DNA of 64,000 bases, taken from positions 160,001 through 224,000 of the forward strand of contig CAVRQT010000002.1 in assembly GCA_963723515.1 (NCBI GenBank). The letters run 5' to 3'. The stretch is from Vulcanimicrobiota bacterium (lineage in GTDB: Bacteria > Vulcanimicrobiota > Vulcanimicrobiia > Vulcanimicrobiales > Vulcanimicrobiaceae). A program made the translations under genes and the position numbers. Positions within the stretch are counted from its first letter, which is position 1, and every line of letters starts with the position of its first letter. Shown here piece after piece: positions 53,354-62,626 of this stretch. Below the pieces are notes generated by a model. The model was given only the letters and a program-made list of their open reading frames with translations. It searched no databases and was not told the DNA's origin.

Positions 53354-54310
53354 CTATTTGGCGTTGGCTTTGGTGTAGGTTCCGACGGTGACCGTCACTC
53401 GCGCAGGCGGCTTATGCCCGGCAAAGTAGTCGTGAATCGCCTCGACCGTCCGCGCGCCGATCTGTGCCGGATATTGGATCGCATCGCCGTACATGTCGCC
53501 GGCTTTGATGGCGGCTTGGGCCTCCGGGGTCGCATCGTATCCGATTACGACGAGGCCGCTCGCATTTGCGGCCTTGATCGCAGCGACGGCGCCCAGCGCC
53601 GAGTCATCGTTGATGCCGAAAATTCCCTTCAGATTCTTGTGCGATTGCAACACGTCGCCCACTGTCGAATTGGCTTTTTGACGATCGCCGCCGGCGTCGA
53701 GATCTGCAACGATCGTCACATTGGGACACGCCTGCTTAAGCGCCATCCGAAAGCCTTTGACGCGATCTTGAACGCTAGTGACTTCCGGTTCATCGATGAT
53801 CGCGACGGTGCCGACTTTTCCGGGCAGCGCTTGGCACATCAGCTTTCCTGCCTGCTCGCCGCCCTGCACGTTGTCAGAAGCGATATGCGCGACGACCGTG
53901 CCTTGCTTCGCCGTGCTCGCTATATCCGCGGTAAAGACCGGGATGTTCGCGTTGTTCGCCTCCACGATCGCGCTTCCGATCGCCTGTGAGTCATACGGCG
54001 TCAGGACGATCGCATCGACCTTCTTCGAGATAAAATCTTCAACTTGCGACTGCTGTCGTTCGTTGTCCCGATTCGCGTCGACCACGATCAACTTATAGCC
54101 GTACTTATTGGCGGCCGTCGCCATGCCGTCTTCCATATCTTTGTAGAACTGCGCCTCACGGTTCTGAATGGAAATGCCGATCGTCTTGGTCGCATTTGAC
54201 GGTCCAGTAACATTCGCGCCGGATGACGCTGATGAGGATGATTTGTTCGAACATCCGGCAAGCGCGATTGCGACGATCGCAGCGCCAACGAAAAAACGGG
54301 TGTAGCCCAA
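53354..54310 (-). CDS. rbsB: Ribose-type sugar ABC substrate-binding lipoprotein (TTG start at 54310)
   Basis: GGAGGA SD; lipobox LAGC; SDN..GG, NDDSALGA, GYD. Confidence 0.82.
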   Translation of the reverse strand: MGYTRFFVGAAIVAIALAGCSNKSSSSASSGANVTGPSNATKTIGISIQNREAQFYKDMEDGMATAANKYGYKLIVVDANRDNERQQSQVEDFISKKVDAIVLTPYDSQAIGSAIVEANNANIPVFTADIASTAKQGTVVAHIASDNVQGGEQAGKLMCQALPGKVGTVAIIDEPEVTSVQDRVKGFRMALKQACPNVTIVADLDAGGDRQKANSTVGDVLQSHKNLKGIFGINDDSALGAVAAIKAANASGLVVIGYDATPEAQAAIKAGDMYGDAIQYPAQIGARTVEAIHDYFAGHKPPARVTVTVGTYTKANAK

Positions 54311-54363
54311 CGTGAAGTCCTCCGCTCTAGCAGAACGCTGACTACGAGCGTGTAGTCCGCTAT

Positions 54364-54624
54364 CCTTTATGTAGCGACGCACTTTGCGCGTCGCTCGGCG
54401 TTTCGCCATCGCTTCCGCCACGATGCGGCGGAAACGCGGCTCCACGCCCCCGCCCAAACTATCGCGGGCGGGTCCCTTTATGTAGCGACGCACTTTGCGC
54501 GTCGCTCGGCGTTTCGCCATCGCTTCCGCCACGATGCGGCGGAAACGCGGCTCCACGCCCCCGCCCAAACTATCGCGGGCGGGTCCCTTTATGTAGCGAC
54601 GCACTTTGCGCGTCGCTCGGCGTT
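54364..54624 (+). repeat. Tandem 111-bp multi-hairpin (REP/BIME-like) repeat, about 2.35 copies
   Basis: Units start at 54364, 54475 and 54586; each begins CCTTTATGTAGCGACGCACTTTGCGCGTCGCTCGGCGTT. Confidence 0.9.
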
Positions 54625-54671
54625 CGGCCTTCGGACTTGCCTGCGCGAAGCCAATGCGCAGATGTAGCGAT

Positions 54672-56207
54672 ATGCTCTCACTCGCCTTCTCTGCGGCGAT
54701 GCAAGGAATCGAAGGGTACGTCGTGCGGGTCGAAGCCGACAGCTCACCCGGTTCGCCCGTCTTGACGATCATCGGACTTCCCGACCGAGCGCTGAACGAG
54801 GCGCGCGAACGCGTCCGCTCGGCGATTTTCAATTCCGGCTTCGCATATCCGGCCGGACGATTGCTGATCAACCTCTCGCCGGCCGACATTCGCAAGGAAG
54901 GACCGGCGTTCGATCTTCCGATCGCACTGGCGCTCTTAGCGATCGACGAGCAGATCGACCGTTTGCAGTTGCAAGAATTCGCGGCGCTCGGAGAACTCGC
55001 GCTCGATGGAAACCTTCAACCGGTCAACGGCATTCTCCCGATGGTCTTGGGCGCGCGCAACGCGGGATTCACAAAACTGATCGTTCCACGCGGGAACGCG
55101 GATGAGGCGGCGCTGGTCGATGCGATCGAACTATACGCCGTCGATTCGCTGCAGTCGGCCGTTGCGACGGTAATCGGCAACGGCGCGCAATGGAGAATCG
55201 CAACGAAGCGCGTTGCGCCGCTTGAGTGCGAAACCGCCGGCGCGGATTTCGCCGACGTTCGCGGACAGCACGGCGCCAAGCGCGCGCTCGAGATCGCCGC
55301 AGCAGGCGGTCACAATGTGCTCTTCGTTGGTCCACCCGGATGCGGTAAGACGATGCTGGCGCGCCGTCTGCCTTCGATCCTTCCGCCGATGACCAACGAT
55401 GAAGCGCTGGAAGTTACGAAGATCTACAGCGTTGCCGGACTGCTCGGCACGACGCCGGGCATCGTCCGCGCGCGGCCGTTCCGATTTCCGCATCATACGA
55501 TTAGCCAAACAGCGTTGGTGGGCGGCGGTTCGATCGCGAAGCCGGGCGAGATCTCTCTGGCGCACCATGGGGTGCTCTTTCTCGACGAACTCCCCGAGTT
55601 TAACCGAGCGTCAATTGAAGTGATGCGGCAACCGCTCGAGGAGAGAAGCGTTACGATCGCGCGTGCGGCCGGCACGTTCACGTACCCCGCGTCTTTTATG
55701 CTCGTTGCCTCGATGAATCCGTGCCCATGCGGTTATCGTGGGACGCGGTCGGCGGAGTGCCGTTGCGACGAAAACGCGGTCGCCAAATACGTCGCAAAAT
55801 TATCCGGCCCATTGCTCGACCGGATCGACCTCCAGATCGAGATCCGGCGCGTACCGTTCGATGAAATGGTCAAGCAGCAACCCGCAGAATCGAGCGCGAC
55901 CATTAGGCAACGCGTCGAGCACGCGAGGCGCAAGCAACAATCGCGCCTCCAAGAGAGCGGGTATTTCTGCAACGCCGACATTCCGGCGCATGCAGTCCGC
56001 GCATTTTGCCGTTTGGACGATAGCGCTATGCGACTTCTCGCGGCTGCCTGTGCGCGACGCCATTTCTCCGCCCGCGCGCTAGACCGCATAGCCCGCGTCG
56101 CACGCACGATCGCCGATCTCGCGGAGTGCGCGGAGATTGCAACACAGCACGTCGCGGAGGCGGTCCAATACCGTTCTCTAGAACGGCTGGACGCTCGCGC
56201 AGCCTAG
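54672..56207 (+). CDS. comM: YifB/ComM Mg-chelatase-like AAA ATPase
   Basis: GLPD....EARERV, NLSPA, GPPGCGKTMLARR, PGEISLAH.GVLFLDELPEF, SGPLLDRID. Confidence 0.92.
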   Translation: MLSLAFSAAMQGIEGYVVRVEADSSPGSPVLTIIGLPDRALNEARERVRSAIFNSGFAYPAGRLLINLSPADIRKEGPAFDLPIALALLAIDEQIDRLQLQEFAALGELALDGNLQPVNGILPMVLGARNAGFTKLIVPRGNADEAALVDAIELYAVDSLQSAVATVIGNGAQWRIATKRVAPLECETAGADFADVRGQHGAKRALEIAAAGGHNVLFVGPPGCGKTMLARRLPSILPPMTNDEALEVTKIYSVAGLLGTTPGIVRARPFRFPHHTISQTALVGGGSIAKPGEISLAHHGVLFLDELPEFNRASIEVMRQPLEERSVTIARAAGTFTYPASFMLVASMNPCPCGYRGTRSAECRCDENAVAKYVAKLSGPLLDRIDLQIEIRRVPFDEMVKQQPAESSATIRQRVEHARRKQQSRLQESGYFCNADIPAHAVRAFCRLDDSAMRLLAAACARRHFSARALDRIARVARTIADLAECAEIATQHVAEAVQYRSLERLDARAA

Positions 56208-56273
56208 CAGGATTCTCATGCTCCCTTCATAGGCTCAGGATGAGTTCGGCCGCATTGCGAAAATCTGCCAAAC

Positions 56274-58655
56274 GTGCGCGGCCTTTTTTTTGTTTGCGGC
56301 CTCTTGATTGCGCTGTTATGCATCAGCGCGCAGCCGGCCACTGCCCAGGACGCCGCAGGCTCGACGTCTGTTTCCGGTAGAGTCTTATCGGCGCAGGCGT
56401 CTCCTGTTGCAGATGCACAGCTCGTCTTTGCCGACAATGGTTCAATCACACGCGTCGTTACTGGACGAGACGGTGGCTTTTCAACTGCGCTCGCTCCAGG
56501 CACCTATCGCTTATCTGTATCAGCGACGGGCTTTCGTCAAATCGTCCGCGACCTCACCGTTGGATCAAGCCCGCTGGCGCTCAATCTCGAGCTGTCACCG
56601 GCGTCAGGATCGTTGATTGAAATCGGACGCGTCGGCGTCAATAGCACGACGACACTCTCAACGTCTTCGAATGTAACGGTGGAACTGAATCCTCAGGCCG
56701 CGGCACAGCGCGGCGTCGAGAGCGTCGCCGATATTGTGTCAGGCGAAATTGGTGTCACCGCCGTGCGACCCAGCGGGGGTGCACCGACGCTCCCTTTCGC
56801 CGTCGCGCTTCGCGGGCCGGATCCGACTGAAACCCTGATCGATATCGACGGACATGAGGTCAACAACTCAAATACCGGCGATTTCGACCTCTCGCTGTTG
56901 GATCCGAACGACCTCTCGGGAATCGAACTGCTTTACGGTATCGCGCCGTCGTCGCTGCTCGGCCCGAATACGATTGGTGGCGCCATCAATTTGCGGACCC
57001 TCGACCCGACGACGGAACCTCACGGACTGCTGCGCACCAGCGTCGGAAGCTACAACACGTTTGCTTCAACGCTCGAAGCGACGGGAACGCACGATCGCCT
57101 GGGCTACGCCTTTTCGCTGCATCGTTTCACGAGTCAAGGCGAATTGCACAATCGAACGATTCTCTCCAGCGATGATGATGGAAACCTTACGCCGGTTGTC
57201 GTTAGCAGTGATGCAACGGCGGCTTCAGCGTTCGCAAAGCTCCGCTATGGTTTCGGCGGCGGCGCATTCCTGCAGTTCACCGCACGAGATCAATCCTCAA
57301 ACCGCGATCAATCCGCGGGGCTGAGCGTGCAAAACGACGACGGGACGTTCACAGCGTTTCCGGGCGCAACGGTGAGCGGACACAACACGGCCTACGGGCT
57401 CGATTTTTACACGCCATTGGGTCCACGTAACGACGCAGGAGGACGCGGTTCAACGCTGCTGGTTCGGCATTACAACACGATCGCAAATCAGTCGGTCAAT
57501 GGACCAATCGCAGACAACGGTTCGGCCTACTTTTTCAATGACCGGGACTTGATCGTCGAAGACTCGCTCGAATACAATCGGTATCTTCAAAACGGCGGCC
57601 TAACGTTCAAAGCGGACATTCGCACTGAACGCTTGACGGAACCGTTCGCCTCGCTCTCCTCCGGCGGTGCCATCGACGAATCCGGCGTCGCGCCGTCAGC
57701 GGAACCGGCCGACGCACAAGAAGACGGACCTGTCCCGATCACAAAAAGCGCCGTCGGGCGCTCTTTCGCATTGCGTTACTCGACCGAAGCATTGCGCAAC
57801 GTCGAGCTGACGCTGGCTACGTATTACAGCCAGTTTTCACAGTTCGGCAGCTCGCTGGATCCCCGTCTCGGCGTTGTGTGGACACCAACGCGTCGCAGCG
57901 TCTTGCGAGCCTCGGTCGGATCGACATTCCAGGCGCCTGAGCTGACGGAGCTCTTCGTCCCAAATCCGCTGCCTACGCCGCCCCCCGATGGTTTCGTCTC
58001 GATCGGCAATCCGAATTTGACCGCGGAACACGCGACTGAGTACCAGCTTGGATACGAGCATCTTTTCGGATCGGAGAATGCGCCCTCGCGTGCGTCCATC
58101 GATCTTTATCAGACGAATTTGCACAATGCAATCGCTCCTTTTTTCTCCCCATCCGGTTACATTTATCCGATCAACACTGCCAGTGTAATTTATCGCGGTT
58201 TCGAGTTTCGATTCGACCACAGCCTTGGATCGCAGCTGCACCTGACCGGCGGATACAGCACCAACAGCGCCTTCCCGATCTCTCTTCCAGCGAAGGTCGG
58301 CGACGGATCGCTCGTCGCCGGGCAACAATTTCTCGGAACGCCGCTGCATCGTGCCGATCTCGGCCTGCGCGGAGACGCGGCTCACGGCTTCTCATTCAAC
58401 GTCGGCGCGTACTACGAAAGCGCTAACAACGAACTAAATCGGCCGCCTTTCGCGACCGTGCGGGCCAGCATCACCGCGCGGCGTGGACCGTTCCTCTTCA
58501 CGCTTGCCGGCACGAATCTTACGAACGCCTACGCGGACGGCTTCACGCGCGATGGCGCCGGTCTGTCCTATGCGGGAGCCGAGGGACCAATCGCAACGCC
58601 CGCGTTCGCGTTGCCGGCACGGCAGATTATCTTTTCAATTACGCGAACGTACTAG
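56274..58655 (+). CDS. TonB-dependent receptor with N-terminal carboxypeptidase-regulatory-like domain
   Basis: Signal peptide, PGTY.L.VSA.GF, plug LRG...IDG..N, GGAIN, GNPNL..E, C-terminal aromatic residue. Confidence 0.85.
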   Translation: MRGLFFVCGLLIALLCISAQPATAQDAAGSTSVSGRVLSAQASPVADAQLVFADNGSITRVVTGRDGGFSTALAPGTYRLSVSATGFRQIVRDLTVGSSPLALNLELSPASGSLIEIGRVGVNSTTTLSTSSNVTVELNPQAAAQRGVESVADIVSGEIGVTAVRPSGGAPTLPFAVALRGPDPTETLIDIDGHEVNNSNTGDFDLSLLDPNDLSGIELLYGIAPSSLLGPNTIGGAINLRTLDPTTEPHGLLRTSVGSYNTFASTLEATGTHDRLGYAFSLHRFTSQGELHNRTILSSDDDGNLTPVVVSSDATAASAFAKLRYGFGGGAFLQFTARDQSSNRDQSAGLSVQNDDGTFTAFPGATVSGHNTAYGLDFYTPLGPRNDAGGRGSTLLVRHYNTIANQSVNGPIADNGSAYFFNDRDLIVEDSLEYNRYLQNGGLTFKADIRTERLTEPFASLSSGGAIDESGVAPSAEPADAQEDGPVPITKSAVGRSFALRYSTEALRNVELTLATYYSQFSQFGSSLDPRLGVVWTPTRRSVLRASVGSTFQAPELTELFVPNPLPTPPPDGFVSIGNPNLTAEHATEYQLGYEHLFGSENAPSRASIDLYQTNLHNAIAPFFSPSGYIYPINTASVIYRGFEFRFDHSLGSQLHLTGGYSTNSAFPISLPAKVGDGSLVAGQQFLGTPLHRADLGLRGDAAHGFSFNVGAYYESANNELNRPPFATVRASITARRGPFLFTLAGTNLTNAYADGFTRDGAGLSYAGAEGPIATPAFALPARQIIFSITRTY

Positions 58656-59491
58656 CGGTTAAGTTGCGGCACGGAAGCACCGCTCAAAAATATCGGCAAC
58701 TGCGAAATCGAAAACTGCACGCCGCTGTAAAACGGCCCGAACGCGGCGTATTTGGCGCTCGCTTCATCGAAGCGCATCTCGTACACGAGCTTCTTGAAGA
58801 TCAGCGGATCGTCGGCATACAAATCGACGCCCCACTCCCAATCGTCGTGTCCGATGGCGCCCGAGATCACTTGAGTGACCAGCCCGTGAAACGTTCGGCC
58901 GATCTTCCCGTGCTCAACCATCATCCGAGCGCGCTCAGCATACGGTAGCGCGTACCAGTTGATGCTTTCGCCGCGCTTCTTATCCATCGGGTAAAAACTG
59001 ACGTAGCGTCGCGCCGGGATCTTCCCCCATAATCGCTCCGCGTTGCGCGAATTGCTCGCTTGCTGACTCAACTTTTGATCGAAGGCCGCGTTCCATTCCG
59101 CCGAATGCGGCTTCAAATCTGCGGCTTGCAGTTCATCGTGAATTTTCGCCGTCGCATCATAGAGACCGAGCTCCAAGACGGACGTGAACGACTCACGCGG
59201 TACGAGATGGTCGGTCAGCGCAAGCCGATCGAACGCACTTTGCGCGTGAGCGAGACCGTCAAATGCGCGCGCATAGTGCGTGACCATCAGATCCGCCTTA
59301 TGTCCGATGATTTGTGCCAGCCCAACGTCGCCATCTTTGGACTTCAGCGAATCGAGCTGCTCGACGGCTTCATCGCAATCGCGGGCGCGCTTCTTCTCGG
59401 CAAGCGCCACGAAACCGCGACGATCGAATGAAAACATCCGGTGCAGAATCCACCAGCCCTCGAGCGATTCGGGAACGTTGGGGTTGCGCAT
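58652..59491 (-). CDS. hemQ: Coproheme decarboxylase (HemQ/ChdC, chlorite-dismutase-like)
   Basis: EGW..LH, GHKADL, FYPMDKKR...NWY, MM.EHG..GR, DDWEWGVDL, YEMRFDEASA. Confidence 0.88.
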   Translation of the reverse strand: MRNPNVPESLEGWWILHRMFSFDRRGFVALAEKKRARDCDEAVEQLDSLKSKDGDVGLAQIIGHKADLMVTHYARAFDGLAHAQSAFDRLALTDHLVPRESFTSVLELGLYDATAKIHDELQAADLKPHSAEWNAAFDQKLSQQASNSRNAERLWGKIPARRYVSFYPMDKKRGESINWYALPYAERARMMVEHGKIGRTFHGLVTQVISGAIGHDDWEWGVDLYADDPLIFKKLVYEMRFDEASAKYAAFGPFYSGVQFSISQLPIFLSGASVPQLNR

Positions 59492-60466
59492 TATACTTTC
59501 GAGAGCGCTCGGACGCGCCGAACTTCCGCGTTGACTTCCGCCGCCAAGGCGTCGGGCTGCTCCCGATATTTTGCCCACAGTTGCGGCATGTGCGCGATAT
59601 CGCTGAGCACGCGAGCGAAGATCGCGTTGACCGGCGTATTAACGCCAACCTCGCGCCCGGCGTTTGCGACGGCGCCGTTTAGCGCGTCAACTTCCGTTGA
59701 CGCCTTGTTGGCGCGCAAGTCAACGAGCAAGGAAGGCGATTTGCGCCCGCGAGCGCCGGCGATCCGTCCCGCGAGCAAGGTTCGGGCAACCGGACTCGGC
59801 AAGGTCGCGATCCGCTGCAAAATGCGCACCGGGTAGCGCGGCAAATCGATCGCTTGCAGCCCCATCCTCTGCATGACGGCGCGCGTCTCGCGGATCGCAC
59901 GAATTTCAAGCGTGAAGACTTGGTCGTAATGCACCAAGCGATTCGGCAAGACGTTGAGGATCGCGCAGCTTGCGTTCGCAACGCTGTTCAAGGCCAGCTT
60001 CGACCATTTCAGCGAACGCCAGTCATCGACGATCTTCACGTCAAGTCCGGTGCTTCCAAAGGCCGCCCAGAGCCAATTGAATGCCGTCTTGCCGCACGGC
60101 GCAAAAGCCAGACCACCCTCTTTGGTCGCCTGGACGGTACCCGGCCCGTTGCGCTCGATCGGAACCGTTAGCGCCGCCGCAACGACGTTGTCCGCGCCAA
60201 AGGCGGCGCTCAGCTTCTCCTCGTTGCCGATGCCGTTTTGCGGCGAGACGAAGACCGTTTTCTCCGGATATTCGATTGCGGCGCGCAGCGTTTCGATCGC
60301 TCCATCGGTGTCATAAGACTTGACTGCGACGATCGCGACATCGGGATCGACGCGGGGCGACGGCATCGGTCGAGCGAGGCGCAAACGTGACATCGACATT
60401 GATCGACCGCAGCAAATCACCGAGGTACGTGCCGACAGCTCCCTGTCCAACGATGTAGACATTCAT
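59491..60466 (-). CDS. panE: Ketopantoate reductase family protein (frameshift near 60355)
   Basis: [12 protein letters not shown] at 60466; [30 protein letters not shown]. Confidence 0.8.
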
Positions 60467-60918
60467 GGCGAAAGTCCGGTGCTGCCGAATCCGCCTTCTT
60501 GGCGCGCGGTTTTGCTCAGCGACTCAACGATCTCGAACGACGCGCGCGCGACGGGAGCGATAATCATCTGTGCAACGCGATCCCCGCGCCGAATGCGAAA
60601 CGGTTCGCTTCCAAAGTTCGCCACGATCAAGTTGACCGGACCGCGGTAATCGGCATCAATTGTGCCCGGCGTATTGAGCAAGGTGACACCACTGCGCAAT
60701 GCCAGACCACTGCGCGGACGAATTTGCGCTTCGTAACCGGCCGGCAGCGCGATGCAAAAACCGGCTGGAATCAACGCGCGCGCGCCTGGCAATAATGTCA
60801 CTTCTTCGCTAATCGCTGCGCAAAGATCGGCGCCGGCTGCGTGCTCGCTCATGTAGGTGGGCATCGGCAAGCCCTCGCCTTCGGGCAGCCGCCGAATCTG
60901 GATTGCGATCTTGCGCAT
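60463..60918 (-). CDS. dut: dUTP diphosphatase
   Basis: [34 protein letters not shown]. Confidence 0.96.
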   Translation of the reverse strand: MRKIAIQIRRLPEGEGLPMPTYMSEHAAGADLCAAISEEVTLLPGARALIPAGFCIALPAGYEAQIRPRSGLALRSGVTLLNTPGTIDADYRGPVNLIVANFGSEPFRIRRGDRVAQMIIAPVARASFEIVESLSKTARQEGGFGSTGLSP

Positions 60919-60927
60919 TAGCGGGGC

Positions 60928-61380
60928 TTACTTTGAAAGCAGCGTTGCGAGCTCTTCTTGAAAACTCTCGACGTCGCGGAAGGAACGATAGACGCTTGCG
61001 AAACGGATGTACGCGACTTTGTCGAGTTTCTTGAGCGCCTCCATGAGCTTCTCACCGATCATCGCGGCCGGCACTTCGCTTTCGCCACGCGAGAAGAGAT
61101 CGCGCTCTAAGTCCGCGGCGACCGCTTCCATTTGATGCTCTGAAACCGGCCGTTTTTCGCAGGCGCGGCGCAGGCCGCTCAGGATCTTTTCGCGATTGAA
61201 TTGCTCGCGACGGCTGTCTTTCTTGACGACGAAGAGGCGCGGTGCTTCCATGCGCTCGTAGGTGGTGAAGCGGTGCTTGCAGCGTGCGTCGAGGCATTCG
61301 CGTCGTCGCCGGACGACCGTCTCGTCGTCGCGGGAATCGACGACGCGGGTCTCGCTCTTACGGCAAGTCGGACAGATCAG
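60928..61380 (-). CDS. nrdR: Transcriptional repressor NrdR (apparent CTG start)
   Basis: CP.C...TRVVDSR, RRRREC, RFTTYE, ATP-cone, VAYIRFASVYR. Confidence 0.95.
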   Translation of the reverse strand: MICPTCRKSETRVVDSRDDETVVRRRRECLDARCKHRFTTYERMEAPRLFVVKKDSRREQFNREKILSGLRRACEKRPVSEHQMEAVAADLERDLFSRGESEVPAAMIGEKLMEALKKLDKVAYIRFASVYRSFRDVESFQEELATLLSK

Positions 61381-61402
61381 CGGCAGCCCCTTAAATGAAG
61401 AA

Positions 61403-61450
61403 GACCCACATGTTGTGGGTCCTCTCATTATAAGACACAAGTTATAGACG
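61403..61450. promoter_or_regulatory. Two tandem NrdR boxes
   Basis: GACCCACATGTTGTGG (61403) and ACACAAGTTATAGACG (61435), 32 bp apart, match acaCwAtATaTwGtg. Confidence 0.7.
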
Positions 61451-61461
61451 GAGCAAACTGA

Positions 61462-61611
61462 CTATGCCGCGGCTCCGATCTTGAACATCTTCGTGCCGCA
61501 GACCGGGCACTTACCCTCGGTCGCCGGCCGGCCGTTTTTCATCGTGATTTGCACCGCGTCTTTCATTTCACGCTTGGTCTTGCACTTCACGCAGTACGCT
61601 TGAGCTGCCAC
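61462..61611 (-). CDS. Small zinc-ribbon protein (DUF5679-like), 49 aa, absent from the ORF track
   Basis: GGAGG SD + GTG; MAAQAYCVKCKTKREMKDAVQITMKNGRPATEGKCPVCGTKMFKIGAAA*. Confidence 0.85.
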   Translation of the reverse strand: MAAQAYCVKCKTKREMKDAVQITMKNGRPATEGKCPVCGTKMFKIGAAA

Positions 61612-61718
61612 GTTCTACCCCCTCCGAAGGCCCCACCGCTTGAATAGGGCCGGAGTATTCAGGGCCGCCCTTCCTTCCCCTTGCTTGGAGAACCCGCACG
61701 CGTGAAGGGAGGCCGAGC

Positions 61719-62592
61719 GTGGAGCCGCCGTTCGTTGCCTGGTCCGAGGTCTGTGCTCACCGAGGGATCCGCTCGGCCGGAATTCCGGAGACGGCCGCAG
61801 GCCTCTACGTCTGGGGATCGCTCCAGGGCCTCGAACGGCCGTGCGTCGCGATCGTCGGGACCCGGGCAGCCTCGCGAGCGGGTTATCTGCTCACGCGGAA
61901 GGTTGCCGCCGACCTTGCCGGAGCCGGCATTTGCGTCATTTCGGGGCTCGCGCTCGGCATCGACACGGCGGCCCACGAAGGCGCGCTCGAACGCAGCGCT
62001 CCCACGATCGGCATCCTCGGCGGGGGCCATGCCAATTTCTTTCCGTCGCGCAATCTGGCGCTGGCGCGACGCCATCGTTGCGGCGGGCGGAGCGGTATGC
62101 TCGCCGTACGAACCCGCGCGCCCCGCGATGCCTCATCAATTCTTGGAGCGCAATGCCATTGTGGCCGGGCTGGCGGACGCGGTCGTCGTCGTCGAAGCGC
62201 CATCGCGCAGCGGCGCGTTGAACACGGCCGCCTGGGCCGCTGGACGCATTCCGGTCCTGGTCTTTCCGGGTGACGTCGATCGCCGCAACGTTGCCGGATG
62301 TCTCGCATTGATTCGTGACGGAGCCACGCTCGTGCGCGATGCCGCCGACATTCTTGCGGAGCTTCGCGTGGATGCCGCACCACCACCACAACATGAACGC
62401 ACGATGCCGTTCAAACCGAATGATGCGCTTCAAACCAGCATCTTAGAGATGCTTGAATCGGAAGCGCAAAGCCAGGATCAACTGATCGAGGATCTCGACT
62501 CCGACGCGCCGTCGGTGCTCTCGGCGCTTACGCAGCTCGAGCTCGCGGGTGCAATCGAGCGCCGCGAGGCCGGCGTCTTCGCCCGGCGTTAA
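61719..62592 (+). CDS. dprA: DNA-processing protein DprA (frameshift near 62070)
   Basis: VAIVGTR, ISGLALGIDTAAH, F.ERNAIVAGL, EA..RSGALNTA, LIRDGA, C-terminal wHTH. Confidence 0.93.
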
Positions 62593-62626
62593 AGAACCGC
62601 GCACCGCTTCGGCGAAGACGGCGGCG

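Noticed and set aside
54364..54624. CRISPR array (39-bp repeat x3)
   Set aside because: The two 72-bp spacers are identical and themselves palindromic, and no cas genes are nearby
54311..54895. N-terminal extension of RbsB with 37-aa repeats (513-aa ORF)
   Set aside because: Read-through of the 111-bp repeat and the antisense of comM; the SD, TTG and lipobox place the start at 54310
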